Positions 52,001 to 64,000 of a stretch of 64,000 nt of DNA are shown here, one piece after another. The stretch covers positions 175,378 to 239,377 of the forward strand of contig NMRA01000616.1 in the NCBI GenBank assembly GCA_002633005.1, given 5' to 3'. A program made the position numbers and the translations under genes. Within the stretch, counting starts at the first letter, position 1, and every line of letters begins with the position of its first letter. The notes under the pieces were generated by a model. The model saw only the letters and a program-made list of their open reading frames with translations. It searched no databases and was not told the DNA's origin. The DNA is from Phoronis australis. Lineage: Eukaryota; Animalia; Phoronida.

Positions 52001-55000
52001 GTTTTCTGTTATATTTTGAGCTAAAAAAATTAAACTTGATTAATTATTGGTAGCCGGATCACCCGTTTCGATACTGCACTCAAGTGGCAATGGACAGTAT
52101 CGAACATCGTGGTGAAACGAAGAAGTTCATTTTACAATAGTGCTTTGTACCAAGTTATACCGTACTGAAGACAAAAAGGATGTTTCAAAAGGTAAGGCCC
52201 AATGACTATCATAATCGGTCCAGTCAGAATGAGGTAAAACTAACCTGTTTGATATCATCTCCGGCTATTATACCACGTAGGACAAAAATTGAATGAGATA
52301 CTATGTCCTTTAGTGAATAGGGTAATGTGTAACTGTTTGTCGTTGAGAACCGGTCAGGATCCAGCCGAGGCCATGGAGTTACATGGAAGTCAGTCTTCAC
52401 CTGATTTTACCAGAAGTCTACAAGGCTCCTCGAACAGAAGCTTTCCTATTCTAAAAGTTTGCTGAAGCTCCGTGATATGCCATTCATTCCAAAAACAAAA
52501 CACTCCTCTACCGGGGAAAGTTCTAGCGAAAACACAAAGCCGACTGCCCTCTTTGGACGTCCGGGTAATGACGTAAGTGTAACTTAATGTGGAATACAGT
52601 GCATTTCAATTGGCTAACAACCCCATATCTGTACTACAGAGCACATAATCACCTGCACGGCAACTGTTTGGTTCTCGACTGGATGAATCTAATCATTCAA
52701 ATCTCTGTGATGCAACGCAACGATTGTTTTTAATTGTAAACATCATGATTCTCAACTTACATAATGATCATAGACTGGATATTTTGAGTACTGATCTATA
52801 AAACATTGCGTCTTCTCTCTGAATGTTTCACCAAACTCAGCTGAAAAAAGAAAGCAAAATAATCAAATGGCAGAATAAAAAATAGGATGCAAACAAAACT
52901 CTAAGCGAACAATGCGAGTGGTAGTGTAGTAGCTATTTCTTAATTAAAAACCGATACTGAAGTGGAAAGTGCTGCGATAGATTATTAACTTTTCCATTTT
53001 TTCAGATTGCCGTGCACCTTCCATCCAACAACTCATAACCGTTGACCCATCTGAGAAAGAGTCACAAGTCAATGATAAGATGTTGCGGTTTTATCTTCAT
53101 GGTCTACCGTAACAAGATTTTGGTGCTTAACACAAGCTAGAAAATGCACAAACCGAGTCACGGGTAAAAGACGGTGGTGAACTCAGTAGGCGATCAAGAA
53201 AACTGAAATCACTCAAAATCACGACAATAGGCTCGGAAGCTTTCTAGCGTACACCGCAAAACATCGATGGCGACCACATACATGTAATTGATTGATCAGT
53301 TACATTGGAAGACAGTATCATGATACGGAATTCATCGTTTCCGCTCCGTAAGTGACGATGTATCGTAGCAAGTGAGCTTGGGTCTACCTAACACAGACTA
53401 GTATGGTCAATTTGTAAAGATAGGTTGACTGCTCCACATTCTCTAAATTCCGGTTTGTGACTATTCCCACTCCTCCTGTTAGACAATTTGAGGAAATGAC
53501 GAAAACATGTCGTTTGCAGCACCACTTCACCAATGAGTTACCTCGACTGTCAAACCCGTGCGTCAATTCATGCCCAAGTACTGTACCGAGAGCTCCAAAA
53601 TTCAAGGATCTGAAAATCATGACGACAGCATAAATGAAGAGAAAAGACATTATTGTGTAGGGGTCTATACAAGCGCTATCGAAGTAAAAAGGATGCCAAA
53701 CCCAGTTTAAGCCTATTACAAGATGTTATACAGGACCAATTCCATCATCAAAGTCTCTGCAAAAATATAATGCTTTGCAACCTTCGAGGTTCGTCGAGGG
53801 TTACAGATGCATCATTCTTCAGTGAAAATCAGGAGGCACTGACATTTAATGGAAATGCGAACAAACTACTCTACCCGATATTTTCGGCATATAAAGACTT
53901 TCTGATAAACAAAAATGGGCAAATACCTATCACGTGGGTATGAAATGTACAGCACTGTGGGTAGCTCATCACATTGGTTGCAGTGTAGCACTTTCCATAA
54001 AAATTTTGAAATAAACTATTTCTTTCAGAACGCAAAAGTTAGTGATCCTGATAGTGTATATGTTACAGTAAACAATATACATGGGAACACAGTTTTACGG
54101 TTGTTCAGTTACTACAGAAAATGGACTCTGGAAAGTAACAGTATTCATAAAAAGAGACGATATTATTCTGAGCACCTGCTGCATAGCTGCCACAGTCAAC
54201 ATTCAATAAGGAAAAAACTAAACAACTGAATTGAAAAGCGGGCTTAAAGATAAAAAGCNNNNNNNNNNNNNNNNNNNNNNNNNNNNNNNNNNNNNNNNNN
54301 NNNNNNNNNNNNNNNNNNNNNNNNNNNNNNNNNNNNNNNNNNNNNNNNNNNNNNNNNNNNNNNNNNNNNNNNNNNNNNNNNNNNNNNNNNNNNNNNNNNN
54401 NNNNNNNNNNNNNNNNNNNNNNNNNNNNNNNNNNNNNNNNNNNNNNNNNNNNNNNNNNNNNNNNNNNNNNNNNNNNNNNNNNNNNNNNNNNNNNNNNNNN
54501 NNNNNNNNNNNNNNNNNNNNNNNNNNNNNNNNNNNNNNNNNNNNNNNNNNNNNNNNNNNNNNNNNNNNNNNNNNNNNNNNNNNNNNNNNNNNNNNNNNNN
54601 NNNNNNNNNNNNNNNNNNNNNNNNNNNNNNNNNNNNNNNNNNNNNNNNNNNNNNNNNNNNNNNNNNNNNNNNNNNNNNNNNNNNNNNNNNNNNNNNNNNN
54701 NNNNNNNNNNNNNNNNNNNNNNNNNNNNNNNNNNNNNNNNNNNNNNNNNNNNNNNNNNNNNNNNNNNNNNNNNNNNNNNNNNNNNNNNNNNNNNNNNNNN
54801 NNNNNNNNNNNNNNNNNNNNNNNNNNNNNNNNNNNNNNNNNNNNNNNNNNNNNNNNNNNNNNNNNNNNNNNNNNNNNNNNNNNNNNNNNNNNNNNNNNNN
54901 NNNNNNNNNNNNNNNNNNNNNNNNNNNNNNNNNNNNNNNNNNNNNNNNNNNNNNNNNNNNNNNNNNNNNNNNNNNNNNNNNNNNNNNNNNNNNNNNNNNN

Positions 55001-55333
55001 NNNNNNNNNNNNNNNNNNNNNNNNNNNNNNNNNNNNNNNNNNNNNNNNNNNNNNNNNNGCCGGAAATTCTCAGTTCAAACTCTTGCCGCTAGTGACTGGG
55101 TTGCAAAGCTTTAATAACAGAATGTTTAGGTCACGTGGGGGAGTTGGAAATCCACCGCTAGACTTTTGTGTGATGTTGAGGAATTTTAGCTGCTAAGTTT
55201 CTTGCTGGCGTTGTTACATTACTTAGGAAATTGACGATCATAAAAGGGTGGTTGAAGTATTCCAGCCATGATAAATATTTCGTTGGTGAGCGGTTTGTAG
55301 TGTGCATCGACAACTTGTGGCATCTTATCCCAC
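49038..55333 (-). CDS. Gene B: convergent paralog of the M13 peptidase, exons 14-20 (5' exons not in window)
   Basis: Exons 55333-55223, 53609-53542, 52840-52761, 51816-51751, 50920-50825, 50385-50309 and 49137-49038 have the same lengths as in gene A, intact AG/GT sites, no stops, and [13 protein letters not shown] and CKVW* retained. Confidence 0.88.
54259..55058. other. Assembly gap
   Basis: Run of N. Confidence 1.
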
Positions 55334-56122
55334 CTGAAAGAAAGAGCAATAATATGACCTCAATGACTTCAGCATTGGAAAGCTTCTGATATACTTTGCA
55401 TGCCACATACTTTTTCGTAACTGTCGTTCAGTTGCCGTGTTTACAACCGTTCGCTTAATGGATGCTTTCGATCACAGGTGCGTATCTCGGTCTTTTTAGC
55501 ACACACCCTCATAACCTCTATGTGTAGTAAATTAAAATTAAGTCTCCTTCATCCATTCTGAAGAAGGTCTGCCTATAGTGCCGCGATGTTCTTAATCTCA
55601 CCATTACCGTGACACATTTATCGAACGATACCTATCCTGTGATTGGCTGTTACTTGACTTTAGTTGAGTGATCGAATATCTCAGTCAACGGATGGACTCA
55701 ATCGAAGGTTAGGCAGCAACCAATCATAAGGTAGGTAGCGATTGATAAGCGTGTCACGCTGTCTCGAGATTGTGAACAGCGCAAGACCTCCTGCAGCTTA
55801 CTTTCGCAATGGTTGGAGGACACTTGAATTCATTTTATTACATTATGCGCGTGATTTATGAGAGGTACGTCCTGAAAAGATTGACAAAGCACTCGTACTT
55901 CGATGACCTAGAACAACGCTATACATAAGGCGATATTTTTTCAAATGAGACAATATTATTTAGTCTCAAAGTGCGCGGAACGGTTCCGCACTTTTTTAAT
56001 ATCCACTTAGGGCCATAAAAAATGGTATGTAACAAATCTATACCTTACCCTAAACATGTTTACAATGTTACATTTTTAATTCCTCAATTAGCATTTTCTT
56101 AATTAGAAGTTCAATTTTTGCC

Positions 56123-56264
56123 TTGCGGAATATTCCGCAAGTGTGCGGAATATTCCGCAAATGTGCGGAATATTCCGCACTCAGTGCGGAATATTACGCA
56201 GACTTTGCGGAATATTACGCAAACTTTGCGGAATATTACGCAGATTTTGCGGAATATTCCGCAC
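56123..56264. repeat. Minisatellite, 20-21-bp period, palindromic core TGCGGAATATTCCGCA
   Basis: About seven units visible directly. Confidence 0.9.
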
Positions 56265-56479
56265 TCAGTGCAAGATTTGTGGAATACTGTGACTTGAGAA
56301 GTATGTATATTTTGTGGAATAATAATCAAAATAATAATTTATTTTTAAAAATCAATGTGAAAGTTCCAAAAAGCCAAACAGAAAAGTTTAGCACAGGACT
56401 AAAATTTTTAATTTTCTCCCGGCCCAATAAACATGAATTACATTCCATTCTCAATAGAACTTGAGAGTATAATGTGCCC

Positions 56480-59400
56480 ACTCTCAATAATATATTAATC
56501 AATGTGACGGTTGCAGAATGGTTCCACATGCGGAACGGTTCCGCAAACAGAATAGTTTTTTGGAGAACACAATTTTTTTAAATTCTCATGACCAATAAAG
56601 TCAAATTGCATTCCATAATCAATACAACTTGAAAGTATCAATGTGACAATCCTAACAATAATTACTTGATCAATGTGACAGTTGCGGAACCATTCCGCAT
56701 ACGGAGCCGTTCCGCAAACAATACGTTTGTGATACTCACAAGTTTTAAAAAAAATTTCTTGCACATTTCAGTTGAAATATATTCTATTCTCATTAGCATG
56801 TGGAAATATCAATGTGTCAACTTGAACAATGATTGATCAGTGGGGAACTTGCTGAATGGTTTGTGATGCAGAAACCTACCTCAAGCGGACTCGGGGAAAA
56901 TTGACATATTGTCTATGACATTTTACCGCTTTTGGTAGAACCTTAACACAAGCCACGAAATATTCGAATCTTAACGTTCAACAAGCATTAAACATCAAAG
57001 TATCAGAATTTCTACCCCAACCATAATTAATTATTAAAAGTGACAGTTGCGGAACCGTTCCGCATACGGAACCGTTCCGCAAACAATACTTTTGTGATCC
57101 TCACAAGTTTTAAAAAATTTTTCTTGCACATTTCAGTTGAAATATATTCTATTCTCATTAGCATGTGGAAATTTCAATGTGTCAACATGAACAACAATGA
57201 TTGATCAGTGGGGAACTTGCTGAATGGTTTGTGATGAAGAAGCCTACCTCAAGCAGACTCCGGCGAAAAATTGACATCTTGTTAATGCTATTTTACCGCT
57301 TTTGGTAGAACCTTAACAAAAGCATGAAATATTCGAATCTTAACGTACAAAAAGCATTAAACATAAAAGTATCAGAATTTCTACTCTAACAATAATTAAT
57401 TGTTAAAAGTGACACTTGCGGAACCGTTCCGCTTGCGGAACCGTTCCGCAAACAATACTTTTGATCCTCAGAAGTTTTAAAAAAATTTTCTTGCACATTT
57501 CAGTTGATATATACTCTATTCTCAATAGCATATGGAAATATCAATGTGTCAACATGAACAATGATTGATCAGTGGGGAACTTGCAGAATGGTTTGTGATG
57601 AAGAAGCCTACCTCAAGCAGACACGGGGGAAAAATTGACACCTTGTTTACGCCATTTTACCGCTTTTGGTAGAGCCTTAACACAAGCCATTAAATATTCG
57701 AATCTTAATGCGGAACAAGCATTAAACATCAAAGTATCAGAATTTCTACCGTAGCAATAATTAATTATTAAAGGTGACAGTTGCGGAACCGTTCCGCAAA
57801 GAATACTTTTGTGATCCTCACAAGTTTTAAAAAAGTGTTCATGCACATTTCAATTGAAATATAATCTATTCTCAATAGCATATGGAAATATCAATGTGTC
57901 AACATGAACAATGATTGATCAGTGGGGAACTTGCTGAATGGTTTGTCATGATGAAGAAGCCTACCTCAAGCAGACTCGGGGGAAAAATCGCCATGTTGTC
58001 TATGACATTTTACCGCTTTTGGTAGAACCTTAACACAAGCCACGAAATATTCGAATCTTAATGCGGAACAAGCATTAAACATCAAAGTATCAGAATTTCT
58101 ACCGTAGCAATAATTAATTATTAAAGGTGACAGTTGCGGAACCGTTCCGCATGCGGAGCGGTTCTGCATGGGGAGCGATTTCCCAAACAAAATGGTTTTA
58201 TGGGGTATTTCTTTTCACCAATCATCTTAAAATGCATTCCATTATAATGCCACTTAAAACTTTCGATGTGACAATCCTAACAGTAATTAGTTGATCAATG
58301 TCATAGTTGCGGAACCATTCCACATGCGGAACGATTCCGTAAAGAATACTTTTGTGACCCTCACAATTTTAAAAAAATTTTCTTGCACATTTCAGTTGAA
58401 ATATATTCTATTCTCAATAACATATCAAAATATCAATGTGTCAACATGAACAATGATTAATCAGTTTGGGACTTGCTCAATGTTTGTGATGAAGAAACCT
58501 ACCTCAAGCAGACTCGGGGAAAATTGACATCTTGTCTATGCCATTTTACCGCTTTTGGTAGAACCTTAACAAAAGCCATGAAATATTCGAATCTTAACAA
58601 ACAAAGAGCATTAAACATAAAAGTATCAGAATTTCTACACTAACAATAATTAATTAATAAAAGTGACAGTTGCGGAACTATTCCGCATGCGGAACCGTTC
58701 CACAAACTATACTTTTGCGATCCTCACAAGTTTTAAAAAAGTTTTCTTGCACATTTCAGTTGAAATATACTCTATTCTCCATAGCATATTGAAATATCAA
58801 TGTGTCAACATGAACAATGATTGATAAGTGGGGAACTTGCTGAATGGTTTGTGATGCAGAAATCTACCTCAAGCAGACTCGCGAAAAATTGACAACTTGT
58901 CTATGCCATTTTACCGCTTTTGGCAGAACCTCAACACAAGCCATGAAATATTGAAATCTTAACGTACAACAAGCATTAAACATAAAAGTATCAGAATTTC
59001 TGCACTAACAATAATTATAATTAATCACTAAAAGTGACAGTTGCGGAACCATTCCGCATGGGGAACCGTTCCGCAAACAATACTTTTGTGATCCTCACAA
59101 GTTTTAAAAAAATTTTCTTGCACATTTCAGTTGAAATATACTCTATTCTCAATAGCATATGGAAATATCAATGAGTCAACATGAACAATGATTTATGAGT
59201 GGGGAACTTGCTGAATGGTTTGTGATGCAGAAACCTACCTCAAGAAGACTTCAGAAAATTGACATCTTGTATATGCCATTTTACCTCTTTTGACAGAACC
59301 TTAACACAAGTCATGAAATATTCAAATCTTAACGTACAAGAAGCATTAAACATAAAAGTATCAGAATTTGTACCCTAACAATAATTAATTAATAAATGTG

Positions 59401-60505
59401 ACAGTTGCGGAACCGTTCCGCATGCGGAACCGTTCCGCAAATAATACTTTTGTGATCCTCACAGGTTTTAAAAAATTTTTCTTGCATATTTCAGTTGAAA
59501 TATACTCTATTCTTAATAGCATATGGAAATATCAATGTGTCAACATGAGAAATAATTAATATGTGGGGAACTTGCTGAATGGTTTGTGATGCAGAAACCT
59601 ACCTCAAGCAGACTCGGGGAAAAATCAACATATTGTCTATGACATTTTACCGCTTTTGATAGAACCTTAACACAAGCCACGAAATATTCGATTTTAATGT
59701 GGAACAAGCATTAAACATAAAAGTATCAGAATTTCTACCCCAACAATAGTTAATTAATAGAAGTGACAGTTGTGGAACCGTTCCACATGCGGAATGGTTC
59801 CTCAAACAATACTTTTGTGATCCTCACAAGTTTTAAAAAAAATTTCTTGTGGATTCCAGTTGAAATATACTCTACTCTCAATAGCATATGGAAATATCAA
59901 TGTGTCAACATGAACAATGATTTATCAGTGGCGAACTTTCTGAATGGTTTGTGATGCAGAAAGCTACCTCAAGCAGACTCGCGAAAAATTGACATCTTGT
60001 CTATGTCATTTTACCGCTTTTGGCAGAACCTTAACACAAGCCATGAAATATTCAAATCTTAACGTACAACAAGCATTAAACACAAAAGTATCAGAATTTC
60101 TACCCTAACAATAATTAATTAATATAAGTGACAGTTGCGGAATATTTCTGCATGCGGAACCGTTCCGCAAACTATAGTTTTGTGGAGCTCACAATTTTTT
60201 AAACTTCTTACACATTATGGTTGAAATATATTCTATTCTCAATAACACGTGAAAATATCAATATGTCGTCATGAGCAATAATTAATCAGTGAGGAACTTG
60301 CTGAATGGTTTTTGATGCAAAAACCTACCCCTAGCAGACTCAGGGAAAAATTGATATCTTGTCTATGCCATTTTACTGCGTTTGGTAGAATGTTAATACA
60401 TGATACGGAATATTCAAATGTTAATGTGTAACAAGTATGAAACATAAATGTATAAGAATTTGTACCGTAACAATAATTAACTAATAAATGGAGCCGTTCC
60501 GCAGG
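56480..60505 (+). repeat. Tandem array, ~365-bp period (dimer of ~180-bp monomers)
   Basis: ttgcggaaccgttccgca cores at ~56682, 57047, 57416, 57781, 58134, 58670, 59041, 59405, 59770 and 60135. Confidence 0.93.
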
Positions 60506-62619
60506 ATGTCAATTTTATATAATAATATTTCCCAGTTAAATGGTTTTCATACATCAGTGTTAGAGCACATTTTATTTTTCCATGATTTTTGGGTACCTCA
60601 GAATTGAGCATTTTGGCTTCTATGAAAAAATTCAATCGGAAAAATTAATTTAAAAATTTTTTTTCATTGATGTCCTGTGTATGTGCAATGACATGAGCAA
60701 AAAAATAGGGTTCCCCAATTAGTTTTCATGCTACAGGTATCTTAGCTCAATTAGAAAATTCACTTTCTCAAAAATATGCTCAATTTCACAACTACAGCTT
60801 TGATTCACCACATGATGATTTTGCCCTATCGATGGGAATGTGAAAAACGTTTAAGTTAAAGGGAATAAACTAACGAAACAAATTTCATCATAAATGAATT
60901 AAAATTTGCTGGTGTACTACGAATTAGGACGCAGTCATGTATAGTGTCTACACTTGTGTTTGTTAAAGAATTCATTTACGAATGAGTAGAAAGTAAAAAT
61001 AGCAAAGTACCATTTGAATGACCACGTGATTCAACAGCCTAAAGATGGCAAAATATTGTTCTTGTTTAAATAAGTTTGGGTGTGCAAAAATGCGGCTGCC
61101 ATAGTTTTTGGTTCTCCTTGTTATATCAGCAGATTTCACAATTTAGAACAAAAACAATTGCCAAAGTTGCCATTTTTCCAGTTTAACACGTAGCGAAGTA
61201 AATGTTTTCATCCTTTTTACTTTTGTTGAAAATTTGACAAAATAAAATTTTACTGTTCCACCATATTGCGTTATAAATTGAGGAATCTTTACTTCAATGT
61301 AATGGGGCCCCTATCAATCTAGCCAAGGTGTGGGAAATCTTTCTTAGCCACTGAAGTTAAATTGCCAATCTCCTGTTGTCCTCTGCATAGTAATGTGATG
61401 CAAACAGAGCAATAAATGGTCAATACAGCTTGGAGGTCAACCTGCCAGTGTGTCAACTGGTTTATAACAGTTGGACTTTGATTCAGAGATTTTGAGATTG
61501 TACACCCATAAATTAGGAACCTGGTGAAAAGCAATGGTGTAAAGTAGAGGTTTAGAGATGGTGAAAAGTAAAAGTGCATACAAAGAAAAGAAAAAAATAC
61601 AAATTTATCAAAGACAGAACAACAAATTTCAGGCCAAAAGAATCCTCAAATATAACACAAGAATTGAATGTAGAGAATACAGTGCTTTTGTGACAAACTT
61701 GTTCACTGTTTTGGGTACTACAGTTGCTTATACTGGTATGAAAAATATCTATGAAAATTCCAGCATAGAATGAACTTAGAGTTTAATAAGTTATTATGCA
61801 CCTAAAATACTTAAATTCTAAGGTGATTGCATTAGAATTAAATGGTCAAGTTCTAAGAAAAAATGAACAATGACCTAGCAGTGTGCATAAACATTTTTAG
61901 GAATATATGATTAGTTGCTTAAATTTACTATCCCTCTTGGTGAGTGACTGTCTATTCTCAAGCAGTTCTTTATGGCAAAGCCAACAATGCAGGACATTAA
62001 CTGATGTTATCAGGCTTGGCCTGAGCTAACTAATTCGATTACATAACTGGATACCACTGTGGGGATAGTACTGGTTTTGAAATGAAATGGGGATGGTCAA
62101 CCACCATTACACATGACTGTTGAACTGCATATCTGATCCATATGAAAGTCTAGATTCATCAGCATCAATCAGTTTCACAACAAGCTAGTAGTTCATTTGT
62201 CACTTGCAATGTTAGTTTTTTCACTCTCATTAATGTTATCACCAGAATTGGTGAAGGTGGTGTGGGGTGCCCTTGCCAGTTCTTGTAGTCAGTCTTAAAT
62301 AAACAAAATTTGAGAAATTTCACTCACTCACTCTTACAGACATTCATGCAGATAATTTGAAAATGGTGATAACAAAGATAATAAAAATACCAATACCAAT
62401 AACACCAATAATAATAACACCTGGTAATTCTGATATTACTAATAGTAATTAGAACAATAAAAACATGTAGTAACTACTGCTATTATTACTATTTAAACGG
62501 CAGAGAAAACTGAGACTGTTGGGCTCTGGAAATGAAAAAATATTATACCCCTATGGATATGGAATTGTGTGGTATTCAAAAGGCGTGGGTAATGAGCTTC
62601 AATTTTTAAAAGAATTTCG

Positions 62620-64000
62620 NCCATGAGCGGTTAAATGGCATAACCAAATGTCAATTTTTCCCCGAGTCAGCTTGAGGTAGGTTTCTACAACACAAACCAT
62701 TCAGCAAGTTCATCACTGATTAATTACGGTTCACGTTGACACATTGATATGTCCATGTGTTATTGACAATAGAATGTATTTCAATTTTAATTCGCAAGCA
62801 TCAATTTAAAAAAATGTGAGCTCCACAAAACCATTGTTTGCGGAACGGTTCAGTAACTGTCATATTGACCACCTAATTATTGTCAGGATTGTCAGATTGA
62901 TACTTTCAAGTGGCATTGATTATAGAATGCATTTTAAGTTCATTGGGCAAAACAAATACCAAGCAAAACCATTCTGTTTGGGAAAACGCTCCCCATGCGG
63001 AATGATTCCGCTTGCGGAACGGTTCCGCAACTGTCACATTGATCAACTAATTACAGTTAGGATTGTCACATCGATACTTTCAGGTGGCATTGATAATGGA
63101 ATGCATTTTAAGATTATTGGTGAAAACAAATACCCCATAAAACCATTTTGTTTGGGAAATCGCTCCCTATGCAGAATGATTCCGCATGCGGAACCGTTCC
63201 GCAACTGTCACTTTTATTAATTAACTATTGTTGGGGTAAAAATTCTGATACTTTTATGTTTAATGCTTTTTGTACATTAAGATTCGAATATTTCATGGCT
63301 TGTGTTAAGGTTCTACCAAAAGCGGTAAAATGGCATACAATGTAGACAATATGTCGATTTTTCCTCGAGTCTGCTTGAGGTAGGTTTCTGCATCACAAAC
63401 CATTCAGCAAGTTCCCCACTGATCAATCATTGTTCCAGTTGACACATTGATATTTCCACATGCTAATGAGAATAGAATATATTTCAACTGAAATGTGCAA
63501 GAAAATTTTTTTAAAACTTGTGAGGATCACAAAAGTATTGTTTACGGAGCGGTTCCGCATGCGGAACGGTTCCGCAACTGTCACTTTTAATGATTAAATA
63601 TGGTTGCGGTAGAAATTCTGATACTTTGATGTTTAATGCTTGTTGAACGTTAAGATTCGAAAATTTCGTGGCTTGTGTTAAGGTTCTACCAAAAGCGGTA
63701 AAATGTCATAGACAATATGTCGATTTTTCCTCGAGTCTGCTCGAGGTATGTTTCTGCATTACAAACCATTAAGCAAGTTCCCATTGATCAATCATTGTTC
63801 AAGTTGACACATTGATATTTCCACATGCTAATGAGAATACAATATATTTCAACTGAAATGTGCAAGAAAAAATTTTTAAGCTTCTGAGGATCACAAAAGT
63901 ATTGTCTGCGGAACGGTTCCGCATGCGGAACGGTTCCGCAACTGTCACTTTTCATAATTAATTATGATTGGGGTAGAAATTCTGATACTTTGATGTTTAA
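62620..64000 (-). repeat. Inverted copy of the same tandem array
   Basis: Reverse-complement units (gcggaacggttccgcaactgtcac; cttgaggtaggtttctgcatcacaaaccattcagcaag). Confidence 0.93.

Larger units (their letters stand above)
55925..64000. mobile_element. Large foldback-like insertion in gene B intron 13 (extends beyond window)
   Basis: Homology to gene A intron 13 ends abruptly at ~55925, followed by two oppositely oriented tandem arrays around a ~2.1-kb spacer. Confidence 0.55.

Noticed and set aside
32115-55196. ORFs spanning N runs (32115, 32167, 32177, 54231) and short ORFs antisense to exons or to the retroelement ORF
   Set aside because: These are gap artefacts or shadow frames of real coding sequence.
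56123-60505. Regularly spaced palindromic repeats as a CRISPR-like array
   Set aside because: The intervening sequences are themselves repeated rather than unique spacers, no cas genes are present, and the context is eukaryotic.
61319-61521. Exon-like segment on the minus strand in the foldback spacer
   Set aside because: It has a good acceptor but no recognisable domain in any frame, so it cannot be supported without a search.

Overview
Eukaryotic (animal, probably invertebrate) genomic DNA with two assembly gaps. The main feature is a complete 20-exon M13-family (neprilysin/endothelin-converting-enzyme-like) type II membrane zinc peptidase gene on + (7699-39138, about 754 aa by manual exon joining). 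A convergent paralog on - has exons 14-20 visible at 49038-55333. Between them lie two decayed inverted fragments of the same gene, so ~30.6-55.9 kb is a nested imperfect palindrome. At its centre sits a 5'-truncated but uninterrupted RLE-type non-LTR retrotransposon (HERO/NeSL-like). The most striking observation is in that element's 3' UTR: it contains every conserved hammerhead-ribozyme core nucleotide with correctly placed stems I and III, but in a non-canonical pseudoknotted strand order. Also present are a deleted Gmr1-like LTR element with TSD and PBS, several LINE remnants, MITEs, and a foldback-like element of inverted ~365-bp tandem arrays. All comparisons were made by eye; no searches or folding programs were run.
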